DNA of 64,000 nt from Blasia pusilla (lineage: Eukaryota): assembly GCA_050084515.1 (NCBI GenBank), contig CM114271.1, positions 11,532,001-11,596,000 on the forward strand. The letters run 5' to 3'. Numbering within the stretch: the first letter of the stretch is position 1; every line of letters begins with the position of its first letter. A model generated the notes under the pieces. The model was not told where the DNA came from. It did no database searches and saw only the letters and a list, made by a program, of their open reading frames with translations. This document shows, piece by piece, positions 46,990-59,600 of the stretch. A program made the translations under genes and the position numbers.

Positions 46990-47812
46990 AGGAGGGTGTT
47001 AGATCTCTTCGCAGGGATTAGCACCGGATTGGCTGCAGTATTGCAAGCGGGCATACGGGTGCATCACTACCTTTATGTGGAGAGAGATGAGACTGCGCAA
47101 CAAGTATCATTATGTTACGTGGCGAGATTGGTCCATAGGTATTCTAAGTTGTTGTTGATATTTGCAGTACGGGGATATTAGCATACACTACCCACCGACA
47201 TCTCTTTGGTGGGGGCGTAGGATCTGGATAGAGTTGGCACCATTCATTTGGTGATTGCTGGATGGCCATGTCAGGGTCATTCATCAGCTGGCCGAGGATT
47301 TGGATTGCAGGATCCGAGGTCATGGATGTTTTAGGAGATGCTACGAGTAGTACAACACTTGCAGGAGAGTTAGACATATTCTTCAGCGTACATTTTGGAG
47401 AATGTGCTGTTGTTGGGAGGTACTGAGTCGAGCATACGATGGAGTCCAAAGAGCACCACATCTTATAGTGGACGCTATTTTGGGCTGAGGGCGTCGATCT
47501 CAGGTGGTGACGCGGGATGATAGACCACCTTTGGCGATGGCCAATAGAGTGGGGGAATTGAGGGTAGCCTTACCTATGTTGGTGAGCTTCCCAACATCCC
47601 ATGCCTTTTGTCAGGGAGGGCCATGCATGATTTGGGATAAGGTGACTTGAGCATTAGAGAAGTCTACAGCAGATGAGCGCGAGCGCGCCATGGGGTTTGC
47701 TACAAGTACTACAGCGGTGCCAAGTATGAGTGAGGCATCCCGGAGACAGGTGTTGGGGCAGGCTATTGACTTCAATTGTCTCACATGGATAGTCAGCCTA
47801 GGTATGGCTTAG
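46990..47812 (+). pseudogene. C5-cytosine DNA methyltransferase domain within gypsy pol
   Basis: Motif I VLDLFAGI, II YVERD, IV LVIAGWPCQGHSSAG (about 47250-47290), V GLQDPRS, VI YILENV (about 47390-47406), IX-X ERERAMGF..T..RRQVLGQAID. TAG stops present, and motif VIII appears deleted. Confidence 0.9.
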
Positions 47813-50800
47813 CAGAGATGGATCTGAGTGTCATCCATGAGTTGGACCATTGCCTACAAAGTTTGTACAGGCATTGGCTGGAGGCGGGAAGAGGAGAGAC
47901 AGGCACCCATGGACTTCCTGGGACGTCGTTCGAGCAGAGAGTGCGAAGGCGGCCAGAGTAGCACATGTTCATTTTTTGGATATGGAGCATGGTGTAGGAG
48001 GTCAGAGTGGAGTGGCTATTGCGGAAGTGGCTAGGGTTGCTACATAGCAACCAAAGGCGGAGGTTGCGTCCTCTCCGAGTGAGGTCATGATGGAGACTTG
48101 GGAGCATGTGATAGGTCTCAAATTGATAGGAGGAGAGCAACGGCAAGTTCATAGGTTTTTGAGAGGGCATGTCAGTTGTTTTGCCTTGAGTATGAGAGAC
48201 TTGGGTACGCTGAAGGGTCATGGGATACGGACGGATTGAGTTGGCTAGTGATACGCCGATCTTTCGTCGACCCTAGAGGTATTCTGATATGGAGCAAGCC
48301 TTGATTCAAAGCAGGAGTCAGGACTTGTTGGAGGCAAGACTTGTGGAGTTATCACATGGGGAGTATGCATCTGCCACAGTCATACTAGCAAAGAAGGATA
48401 TGTATGGTAATTGGACGGATAGGCGGATGTGTGGAGATTACCGTCCTATCAACCGACAGACGAGGCCAGATCGGTACGCCATGCCTACTCCTTAGGAGAT
48501 CTTTGATGTGGTAGGGCATGCAAAAATCTTCAATACTTTAGATCTCCATGCAGGCTATCATCAACTTCCTATCGGGTTGGAGGATAGGGAGAAGACATCA
48601 TTCTGGGGGATAGATTGGTTTGGGAGAGATTGCTTGTATCAGTGGCGGTTCTTACCATTTGGGTTGAAGAACGCGCCTGTAGAGTTTTCAGAGAGTGATG
48701 GATAGGATTCTGGCTGGCTTGGATTTTGTACGATGTTACATAGATGATATTTTTATCTTCAGTTCCACGGTTGAGGAGCATGAGCGACACCTGGAGGAGG
48801 TGTTTCAGCAATTTTAGTTACATGGACTGAAGTTACATCCAGGCAAGTGCAGATTCTTTCAAGAGCATATTGAGTACTTGGGACACACCATATACCCAAG
48901 TGGGTTAGGCATTCAACATACAAAGGTGGAGGCTATTGCACAGATTCCACGCCCTACAGATGCGAGTCGAGTCCGAGCGTTTCTTGGATTGGCAAACTTC
49001 TATCGACGGTATGTCAAGGGTTTTAGTGCGATCGTAAAGTCTTTGACCTTGTTGACGAGACTTGATTAGGTTTGGTTGTGGGGAGATGATCAAGAGCGAG
49101 CATTTTAGGAGCTCATGGGCAAGTTGATGTCCTCACCTATTTTACAGAGACCGGTTAGGGGTCACCCATTCCAGTTACAAACGGATTGGAGCATGTTGGG
49201 TCTAGGAGCAGTGCTTACTCAGAGGGATGATGAGGAGAGGGAGTTCGTTGTGGCTTACGCCAGCCGACCAAACAACATTGTAGAGGCAAAGTACAGCTCT
49301 TACAAGGGAGAGTGCTTGGCTACACTGTGGGCCGTGGCACATTTCAGGTGCTATTTATGCGGCAACCCTTTCACACTATTCACTGATCATCAGCCGTTGA
49401 GGTGGTTGATGGAATCCGACAAGCTTACGGGAAAGCTTGTCAGGTGGGCTCTATTACCACAGGAGTATGAGTTTGAGGTGGTTCATAGGCCAGACCGGGT
49501 GAACCAAGATGCGGATGGGTTGAGTCGTAACCCATGTTCGAGTCAGAGAGACGATACAAGAGTTGGATGGCACGGAGAGAGTGATGAGGAGATGGTGCCC
49601 GGTTGGCATGCATCTGCCTATCTTTGTTGGTTGACTATGGTAGGTCAGCCACACGTGATGACTTTAGTGGTGGGGTTGGATAATGAGTCTTTGGATCTAG
49701 AGGTCAGTGAGGAGGCGACAGGTGTCTGTGATATCCATGACGACATGGAGGTTCTGGAGTTCTTGCGCAGTAGCGTCATAGCAAGCACAGCGACTGCTAG
49801 CGAGCGGGATCGGATCCTACAGTGAGCCAGGAGGTTTAGGTGGGAGGGGACTCACATTTTGTGGGTATGGGGAGATGGTAGGATACGAGTGGTACCTCAT
49901 CCTTCTCAACGAGCACGTGTAGTACGACATGCCCAGTAGGCGCGGCTTGCATACTGGGGTAGAGTAGTTTGTGGCCAGATGTATGGTATGTGACAAAGTG
50001 CGAGCATCCTTCAATGCTCCCACTCCGCAATTACATCCTTTGCTGATTATGGGTTTAGGTTATCGGTGGAGTTTAGACTTTGCAGGACCTTTGCCATTGA
50101 CGGGGCGTCATCACAAGTAAGTGTTGGTCATGGTGGAGCATTTCTCCAAGTAGATAGAGTTGGTGGCACTACCAGACAAGGCGAGTGAGGGAACAACTTA
50201 TGCGTTTCTAGATCGTGTGCTTAGTCACTTTGGTGCATCTGCGGAGGTGTTGACTGACCAGGGTACTGAGTTCAAGGGAGAGTTCAAGGCCTTGTGTGAT
50301 CAGACACTGATAGATCACCGCACCACATCCGGAGATCATCCTAAGGCGGATGGGTCGGCGGAGAGAGTAGTACATACGGTGAAGAGAGGATTGCGCAAGT
50401 ATGGCTTGTAGCGAGGACAGTTGAGGGAGTGGAACCTACAGTAGCCATGGTTGGCTATGGGTTATCGCTTTAGTCGACAGGCATCCTAGACGTCATTTTC
50501 ACCATACTTTTTGCTCTTTGGGAGAGAGCCAGATTTACCTGCACCTGTTTGAAGTGACATGGCGGAGGTGTTAGATCTTGATGATCCAGATATGTGGGTA
50601 CAAGCGTGTTCTCAGAGGGCGGGGATTTTTCGTAGAGTTATGCCTATGGCCTTTGAGAACTTAGCTATTGCTCAGCATAGAGATACAATGAGATACGTGA
50701 CCATTTGTGGAGGAGATTATCGTCCAAGGATTTGGAGGTTTCATCCAGGAGATTGCGTGTATTTACAATAGGCGGCACCTACGATGCTAGATGTCACCGC

Positions 50801-50971
50801 AGGGCGCACGATCCTACGTGTGCGCGAGGTATTATTGACCGCAATCCTCATGTTGGAGGGACGAGATGGTATGGTTTGGAAGGATCATATGCAAAATTGT
50901 GCGCCATGTCATCTTCCGAACGTAGATGGGATATTGGATCCGACCTTGGTAGTGGTACTTGTAGGCTTGAG

Positions 50972-51112
50972 GTGTATGTTGTGCAGATCTGCGAGGGGTG
51001 CAGCCACCATGTTGGTATGTGATGATTTTTCTTGAGGGTGGCATATGTCATGTCTGAACCCCCCTTTGATGTAGTTCCCACAAGAAAATGGATGTGTCCG
51101 AGATGTGTATAG
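50972..51112 (+). pseudogene. PHD finger at the integrase C-terminus
   Basis: CMLC..ATMLVCDDFS*GWHMSCLNPPL, frameshift, VVPTRKWMCPRC. C4HC3 pattern with one C replaced by F. Confidence 0.85.
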
Positions 51113-51190
51113 GGTAGTAGGACATATCAGAGAGATGTGATATTTTCTATGTGGAGTTGGGGGAATCCAACCGCCAGCTAGGGGGATGGT

Positions 51191-51929
51191 TGTGTGATCT
51201 CCATATATATGTATGAGTTTATTTTTGTACATGTGTGGATCGACCCGTGTGTGGGGAAGATTGGTGTTGTGTGGTGTAGATGTAACCAACGATGTATGTT
51301 GTTTAGCGATATGTATGCGCACGACAACTGTCACATCTAAGTAGCCGATAGGCCGAGATTTATCAAGGATAGGAGCCAACGGACTATCTTGAGTGTAACT
51401 TTGTCCCACATTGTCGGATGAGGTTGAGGATAGGTCCATTGTGTCAGGAACGTCGTTTCTAGCAACTTTTCTGTTGAGGTTTTTCACACGTGGGTGACTT
51501 GTTGACAAGGTCACCCGCCCCTGGTAACATGTGCACGTAGGTTACCAAGGGGATAGCTATTTCTAGGGAAAGAGCCTTTTGGCTCTTCCCAACCCTATAT
51601 AAGAGAGGAAGATGGCTCTCCTAAGCCATATTTCTCATGTTGGGCCATTGGAGCACCTCTCTTGTATGTGTGTGAGATAGGACTAGGGTGCTAGCATCCG
51701 GATTCCTTGATACCACAGGGTGGACGAGGCTCGATATGCCGATGTAGATTGAGGAGTGGAGTTTTAGGCCGGGTGTGCCATTTTTACATCTCCATTTTTG
51801 TTGTGTGATCTCCATGTATATGTATGAGTTGATTTTTGTACATGTGTGGATTGATCCGTGTGTGGGGAAGATCAGTGTTGTGTGGTGTAGATGTGACCAG
51901 CGATGTATGTTGTGTAGCGATATGTATGC
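51191..51929 (+). repeat. Probable 3' LTR with roughly 130-bp terminal direct repeats
   Basis: Preceded by polypurine tract agggggatgg and starts TG. 51190-51318 is repeated at 51801-51929. TATA-like ccctatataag at about 51593. Confidence 0.65.
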
Positions 51930-52993
51930 CCATAAGAGAGCAAACAATCCCAAAGCTATACACTCAAGAGCGACACGAGAGACTCAAGATGTGAAGTAGA
52001 AGGTGATGAACCCTTGAAAGTCCCTCCTCTTTATATATTCACAAGGGATCCACAAGAGTACGAAATAGGGCTAATCTTATCTTGTGCCACATGGCTTCCT
52101 CTCAAGGCTCAGCCAATCATATTTTGACACAAGTAGATTACCTCTTATCTCTTCCAAAATATCCTCTTTTACTCCCTTCATATCTTCCAAACTACCCCAC
52201 CAACCCTAGCCACCAACCAAGACTTCTTTTGCTTTTGTTTTATTAAAGCACCAACCCCACTACTTTACTTTTCTAATCCCATATTTTATTTATTATATCT
52301 TTTCCTAAAGTTGGGCCCGCGCAAATGAGTCACCCTAAAGAGGTTTAAACATGGGAATTTCATTTTCCTAGGTTAATTTACTTAATACTAATAAAACTCT
52401 CTCTAATACTTAATAATAGAGGATTTTATATAGCGGATGATTTTACTATACGATATTCATCCCCTCCAAACTTGCACATCGGAGAATGTGTAGGTTTGGA
52501 GGATATGAGTATTGTATAGTGTGCCAAAAATATCGAGACTTCTTGCTATTTTACTCACACTTATTTTTGTTGTGCCTCTAGACACATTGAACCGAAATCA
52601 AGAAATCACTCACATCTACGGAAAATCTTGACCCTTTTTCCTGCAATGGGCAGCTTGAGAATTGTGCCATCTAGTTCGCGTAGTTTGTAAGTGGCATTGT
52701 TAAAAGCAAAGACTACAACGTATGGACCAAACCAACGACGTGCAAACTTCTTAATTGTACTATGTTGGTTGTCGAGGATGTTAAAACACCAACCCCACTA
52801 CTTTGCTTTTCTAATCCCATCTTTTATGTATTATCTCTTTTTCTAAAGTTGGGCCCGCGCAAATGAGTCACCCTAAAGAGGTTTAAACATGGGAATTTCA
52901 TTTTCCTAGGCTAATTTACTTAATACTAATAAAACTCTCTCTAACACTTAATGATAGAGGAGTTTACATAGCGGATGATTTTACTATACGACA
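51930..52993 (-). mobile_element. Internally deleted Ty3/gypsy: partial 5' LTR, integrase tail, PPT, 3' LTR
   Basis: About 205-bp direct repeat at 52245-52455 and 52784-52993 (minus strand starts TGTCGTATAG). Between them KKFARRWFGPYVVVFAFNNATYKLRELDG (GPY/F tail) and PPT ggaggggatgaa. Confidence 0.8.
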
Positions 52994-53409
52994 ACGTCCT
53001 CCGTACCGTGCACCCTAACATCCTTGGAAACGAAGATTGTTCCAATTTGGAGAAGAAATCAGAGTGAGAGGAAATTTTCATTTACTTATATGTAAGATTC
53101 CATAACTTGGGGTCGGATTATTTCTGATTGATGAAGGGCCGCTAGATGACTGCCACATGTGAGTTTCATATAATTATCCATTTGCAGATAATTCCACTGG
53201 GAGGAGAATGAGAATGAGAATGAGAATGTTTAATTTATAGTGAATAGTGACCATTATTCTCCTAACATAAATCAACTGACAAGTTGTTGGTTGGTAGGTG
53301 AGATTATGTGACGCTCTGTGCACCAAGGAAAGTGCAATACAAATAAATTTCTCTGGGGATTGATCACGTTGAAGGTTTCTGGATTGCCTCAAGTTAGCCA
53401 TTCACAAGG

Positions 53410-56400
53410 TAAGTTCAACCCGTCGGATTCCAACAAGTTGCAACCCATCGCAATCCGAATGGTTGCAATCTTTCCGAATCCGAATGGTTGTAAATCGTCG
53501 GACTTCGACTAGTTTCAACCTGTCAGATTCCGACGGGTTGCAAAGCGACAAAATCCGTTTGCTTGCAAATCTTCAGAATCTAACTATCTACCACCCAGCT
53601 AAGTGTGACTTCCACCCCGTCGAAGTCCGACGGGTTGCATGGGGTCTTGGGAAGTCCTGTCAATGACTAGAACTTTGCCACCTTTGTCCTTGCAACCCCT
53701 CAGAGATGTACAGGTTGCACGTCGTGCAAACCGTCAGAGTCCGTTGGATTGCACATGGTTCTAGGTCGGTACCCCCTGCCAGTGCAACCGGTATGGTTCC
53801 GTTAGGTTGCACGATGGGTGCTTCTTCCTTGCAACCCGCCGGAGTCGGGTTGCATAAGGACCTCGGATGGATTTCCAATGGCAAGTGAACTGTGCAACCC
53901 GTCGAAGCCCGACGGGTTGCTAGGGGACCTCAACTTGATTTCCCTTGTCGAGGGAAGCGTGCAACCTGTCGAAGACCCGGGTTGCACGGGGATCTCGTCT
54001 TGATGTCCCACGATGAGGGAAGCATGCAACGCGACGGAGACCAACAGGTTGCTCGAGAACCTCGCTTGATGTCCCACAACGAGGGAAGCTTGCAACCCAT
54101 CAAAGTCCGATAGGTTGCAGGTTCAACGAGTCCAATGGGTTGCACGTCCGATGAGTCTGACGGGTTGCACGTCCGGCGAGTCCGACAGGTTGCACGTTTC
54201 CCATGTGCAAAGCACCGTAACGGCTGATGTCGCCATCGGTGCAATAGTTCCCATGAACCAATGGTAAGCTCAACGACTCAAAAAGTATATAAGTCATAAT
54301 TTTTTCTCATTTCCCTTTTTCAATCTGCGATTTCACTTGGAGCTCTTCCTCCACCGACAAGTCCTCCCAATAGTTGAGGTCCCCGCATCCGCTGAACACA
54401 TCGGTTACTCAGAGCCCTTTGTTGGAAGGTAACGACGCTCCAAGACACGATGCTTTGAGAGTTGGGTTTAGGCAAGCCGCTCCGCTGGAAGGTAACGATA
54501 CTCCAAGAAACGACGCTATGAGAGTTGGGTTTAGGCACTCGATCGAAGATCCAAGAGTTTAGCCAGTCGATCAGATTTCTGGAGTGCATAGGTGTAGATA
54601 ACATTGATGAGGAAGAAAACACAAGCAATGAAGGTTGGGAGCGTCACTCCCAAGTCCATTAGAACTCCTGCATTGCCATCGCTTGGCGGTGGAAATTAGG
54701 CAACAAGAAATAGAGGATAGGGAGAGGGAAGCAGAAATGCACAAGCATGAGGTTGTGGCAAAGCTTGCTCTGGAAGAGCTCCCAAGGTAGAACGCGGAGG
54801 CCGAGGCATCTAAGGCCTTGAAGAAAAGAGTTTCGGACGAGAAGCGAGAGAAGAAGCGTCTAGACGTCTCCATCAAGAGAGCAGAATTGGCAAAAGCAGG
54901 GAGGGAAAAAGCTATCGCCGTGGAAGAAAACCCCGCCCATCCAACGGACAATGTTGAGATGGAGGATATGTCCCTGATGAGATCTGGGGACACAATGAAC
55001 TTAAAATTGGTTAAGGAAACCGCAAAAGTTCAAGAGACGGACGAGGAGGTCATGAGGATAGCAAGTGTGGAGATGGTGGACATCTGTGAAGAAGCTGGAG
55101 AAGAGTCGTCATCATCATTGAGCCCGCTGGAAGAAATTGACCTCTATCGCATCAATGAATTTCCTGTGGACTTGCCACCTGCTGTTCGAGAGCAGCTGGC
55201 CGACATCAACACCAACCCAATTTTCGAGCGGGTAAGTAGACAAGGGCATATATGAAATTGCATTCTCAATTCCTTTGTAAATCCGCAAAATCTAAAAAAG
55301 TAGCTTATTGGCATTCCTCGCCATTGTGCCAGGTTGTTAAGCAGATGTCAGTGGTGGACGGTCACAAGTCCCCAAGAATTTCACTTTTTTGACTGCAAAA
55401 AATGGAGTACGTCCGCGAAATTCAGTCGGACGAGGACATCTCAAAGCTGAAGCAGTCGGTTGCGACAACATCCTATATCAACAACTTCCCTCCATTCTAT
55501 GTTTGGCCTTATGATGAACATGGAATGCAGGCTCTGGTGACGGAAGAAGACTTGGAGGCCTTAGACCCATTCTGGAGGATTAGAGACGAGGAATTCATAA
55601 GAGCTATTGAAGGAACCCAATACAGCTAGATGCGGAACCTCTACTTCTTCATCTGAGATGGGAACCACATGTATATGGCCTAGTCACAGTTTGTTGAGGA
55701 GCGCTCGAATTCATTGGAGGCGCATTTCTGCGTGAGGGCAATCGTCCTCCATCCATTTCCACATCACATGGCAACGATGCAGATACGTAAGTTCAAATTT
55801 CTCTCAATAATTTTTGCTTGCTTCAACCCGTCGGAGTCTGACGGGTTGCAAAAATGTTCAGATTGTAGATTGGCATGAATCATAGGAGTCGATAGTCACA
55901 ATCCTTTTTGACGTTGCATGGGAAATTTGGATATAGGGACTTTGACGGATTGAAATCAGGTCTTCCATAAGATTTCGCTTGGCAATCTTGCAACCCGTCG
56001 GTCTCCGACAAGTTGCGAAATGAGAAATTGGTAGCCAATTTTTTGGTTGAATCCGGGCTACTGTAATCCGTCGAAGTCCGACGGGTTGCGAAATGACTTT
56101 GCTTTTGAGTGAGGTTTCTGGATGACGCCTATGTTCAGCAACCTGTTCGAGTCCGACGGGTTGAACAATGGTCTTGTTTACAAATCATCGGAGGTCTAAA
56201 AGCAACCCGTCGGACTCCAACGGGTTGCCAAAGGTAAAGTAACCACCCAATTTTTTGGCACTTTTGGCCTAAAAGAAACCCGTCGGACTCCGATGGGTTG
56301 CATTTTCCCCAAAATTTCTTGCTACTTGGTGATTATTTCACCTTTTGCAACTCGTCGAACACTGACATGTTGCTTTTAGGCCTATGATGACAAGACCATT

Positions 56401-56645
56401 ATGCAATTCGTCAGACTCTGACGGGTTTCTGAACACATGTTTTATCCAAAAACCTCACTCAGAATCGAAGCCATTTGGCAACCCGTCAAAGTCTGACGGC
56501 TTGCAACCAAAATTCTTTTGGGTCAAAATTTGGATTGGACTATACTTCTAGGGTATGCTTGCAACCCGTCGGACTCTGACGGATTGCATCACTTCATGCC
56601 AATGGACATCAATGTGCTACCCGTCAGACCACGATGGGTTGCACA
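53410..56645 (+). mobile_element. Palindrome-rich ParB-like element, copy 2 (5' half)
   Basis: Palindrome arrays at 53410-54200 and 55820-56645 flank exons homologous to copy 1. Confidence 0.7.
54560..55786 (+). pseudogene. 5' exons of the ParB-like gene (coiled-coil/acidic N-terminus plus ParB-like exon 55333-55786)
   Basis: Intron 55232-55332 (gtaagt...ccag). PRISLF*LQKMEYVREIQSDEDISKLKQSVATTSYINNFPPFYV...FFI*DGNHMYMA*. Donor gtaagt at 55787, same position as in copy 1. Start approximate. Confidence 0.7.
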
Positions 56646-56699
56646 CTGTTGCTATTTGCGGATAGTATAACCTGTACATAGAAACCCTCAAGCATTTGA

Positions 56700-59600
56700 C
56701 TTCATTCTTGGGAGTCACCAAACCAGTGATTCAAGAGTTAAGGAAGATTGGGAGCTTGCCCAACCATGCGCCGGTACAGGAGTTCATGGAGGTCCTTAGG
56801 AAAATGCGAAGCATTGCTGTCGAGACTCAAATATAGAGGAAAATCAATGAGTCAATGGAAATATAGAATCGTACGTAGGAGAAGGAGATCAAAGAGCTTA
56901 GGAAGGCTCTTTGCCGGGCTGAAGGAGAAGTGGTAGAAGCCCGGTGTGAATTGCGCAATGCCCGGCAATGGGAGAGCTTGGAAATCGACATCAAGCATGG
57001 AGCATATCACCTCTTTGCGTAATTACAACAGTCTAAGCTCCACATAGAGAAGTTGCAAGAGCGGATCGATCTTCTCCAGGCTTGTCTTTAGAGATGTGGG
57101 AGACTGCGAAGAAAGGGAAGTTGATTATATATTAGCAACAGACGAACACTAATTTGGTATCCCAATGGAGCTAAGCTGCACCAAAGATAGCAGTGTTGGA
57201 GGCCGATTAGAAACTTAGGGTAGAGGTACGCGAAGAACCAGAAGAGGCCCAAGATCTAATCAACAAGGTAATCTAGAATTTTGAAGCCCAAATCACAAAG
57301 GATCTGGAGTATATCGACCAGCACTAGAAGAGGCAGTTTGAGCAGCATATTGCTGCATTACTTGAGGTGGCAGAACCACCCATAGCACCTTTTGCACCTT
57401 TGGAGGTTAGAGTGCAGAACAAAGTATTAGGTTCTTAGAAGATAGTGGCACGGTGGAGAGAGAGGATGAAGAACACAATCCCAAATCTTGTCAACCGACC
57501 CTCGACAATTCACGGCTGACCTCCTCTTGATGTAGAAATTATAGAATTACCAGATGATAGGAGTCCTTAGGAACATCATGGCAGTAGAGTAGAACCAAGA
57601 AGAGTGTTCGCCGGGATGGCTCACATTTGAGTGAGAGGGTATGTAGTGCCCACGTTTTTGAAATTTTGATGGAAAGAGCATTTTTTGTACAGAAGTTTTC
57701 CTTGAGCGACGACTATAGACTCAATATCGAAAGTAAAGAGTCTTACTTTACTGAAATTGTGTGAAAAACTTGACTAACAGAACTCCGATGAGAGTACACA
57801 AAATGTTAGAAGATTAAGGAGTGTCTTGGAAGAGTGAGAATTATGTAAAAATAGGAAAAGAAGGTAGAAGAGGAAGCATGGGTGCTTCGCAAGGAAGACC
57901 GCAGTAAGAATAGTATAAAAGACTGTCAATGAAGACTGGAAAAAAGCTTCTTTGTAAAGAAGACTGAAGGTAGTCTTTGTGCAAAGGCTGGGTACAAAAA
58001 AGAAAGAGCGAAGACCCAAGGGCAAAGACTAAGAACTCTAAGAAGGAAGAGGAAGAAGTAGAAGAAGTCAAAGAGTCTTCACAAAGCGGAAAGGTGTATT
58101 AAGAATAGGAATAGAAAGATAGAGAATGCTTTGAAGAAAATTGATTGAAAGAAAGTAAAAAGGAGGACTCTTTGCAGCGACAGAAGGATAAGAGTTTTCG
58201 CAAAGATAAGACTACAAAGATTGCAAAGAGCGCGAAGGTTGTGAAGACCGAAATGTCGCGGCGGTTTTGGAAGCCGAAAATGGAGCGGCACAGCAGTTTA
58301 AAAAGAAGCGGAACAGAATTGCCAGGGCAACTAACTACCTTGGGAAGATGGAGGGTTGGGAATTTGAATGGAGAAGGTTAGGATTAGCAGTTAGAATTCT
58401 AGATTAGAATAGGACGATCAATCATAAATTGTAAGAGACTATTTAAAGAATAAATTAAAAGAAGAAGCGATCATTCCCTTGTGTCTTGAATTCCCAAGTA
58501 CTATTGGTTAGCATCAGTTCCTTGTATCTTGAGTTTACCAGTAGTCTTGGTGGATTGTGCAAGGAATTCTATGGGGATGATCCAGTGAAGAGTCTTACAT
58601 TTGTGAAGCTTGTAATACTTTCTAGTTCTTTCCACTCTTTGATGCAGAAGAAGAGTCTTCTCTCATGCTTTCTCATGTGCGGAGTTGAATGTAGATCTTA
58701 TTGGGTTGTAGTGTAGATGAGAGTTGAGTCTTGTATTTTCCGAATTCTATAAGATAATCAAGAAAAGCGTAGGAAAGTTTTTAGATAGTGAGTAACCTGC
58801 CATGACAGATTGAGTTCTGAAAGTAGGTTGAGCCGCCATTCTTGAGGTCTCTTTGAGGTCTTCGTTGGTTGTTTGTTATTCAAGATTCAAAAGAGTCTTT
58901 GTCTGCACTTGAGAAGAGTCTTTTCCAAAGGGGGAAGAAAATCCTTTTATTCTTTTGTACTTGTAAGGACAGTGTCGTTGTAGTTAGCAAAAGCAAATAG
59001 AGAGGCATTAGTGGAGGATCTTCTAGAGTCTTTCCAAGACTCTTAAAGAAGTGTGCCATTCAGTGGTATGAGGGGATAGAAGCGAAACACCTGGAAACTT
59101 GGAAAGCCCTACTTAAGGTGTTCCTTCATGAGTTTCGAGACTTGGAATTTGATGATCACTTACTTACAAAGCTTCGTGATCTCAGTAGGAGGAAGAAAGA
59201 GACTCTGAGAGAGTACACTCAAAGATTTTGCAGCTTGGTCGGCAACCTGAAGCACACCACTATGTCATAGTTAATGGATTGGTATGTGTCTGGTTTATCG
59301 AAGGAAATGGATCGTTACTGTCGTAGAGGGCAACGTGACTCATTAGTAGCCGTCATCGCCTCTGCCAAAGCTTACAAGGCCTTGGAGCAGTCTAGGAGAA
59401 CGCGGAAGAAGAGACATCACAGGAAGCGGACAAGCTCTTCATCAGAGGAGTCTTTGTCTTCTTCCAACTCTTCGGATACCTCATCCGACAGCACTAGCAG
59501 CAAAGACTCAGAGTTTGAGGAAGACTCCAAGGGCAAGAAGAAGAAGAAAGAAAGACGCACAAAAAGGTCTTCGTCCTCAGGAAAAGGGTGTAAGGACCAT

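Larger units (their letters stand above)
43100..51929 (+). mobile_element. Ty3/gypsy LTR retrotransposon: gag-PR-DNMT-RT-RNaseH-INT-PHD, decayed; 5' LTR not seen
   Basis: gag about 44060-45560. PR VLLDSGAQP about 46270. RT RMCGDYRPIN, LDLHAGYHQ, LPFGLKNAP, YIDDI at 48290-49000. RNaseH LQTDWSMLGLGAVL about 49170. INT W(S)LDFAGP, LTDQGTEF, DGSAER at 50060-50400. Confidence 0.92.
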
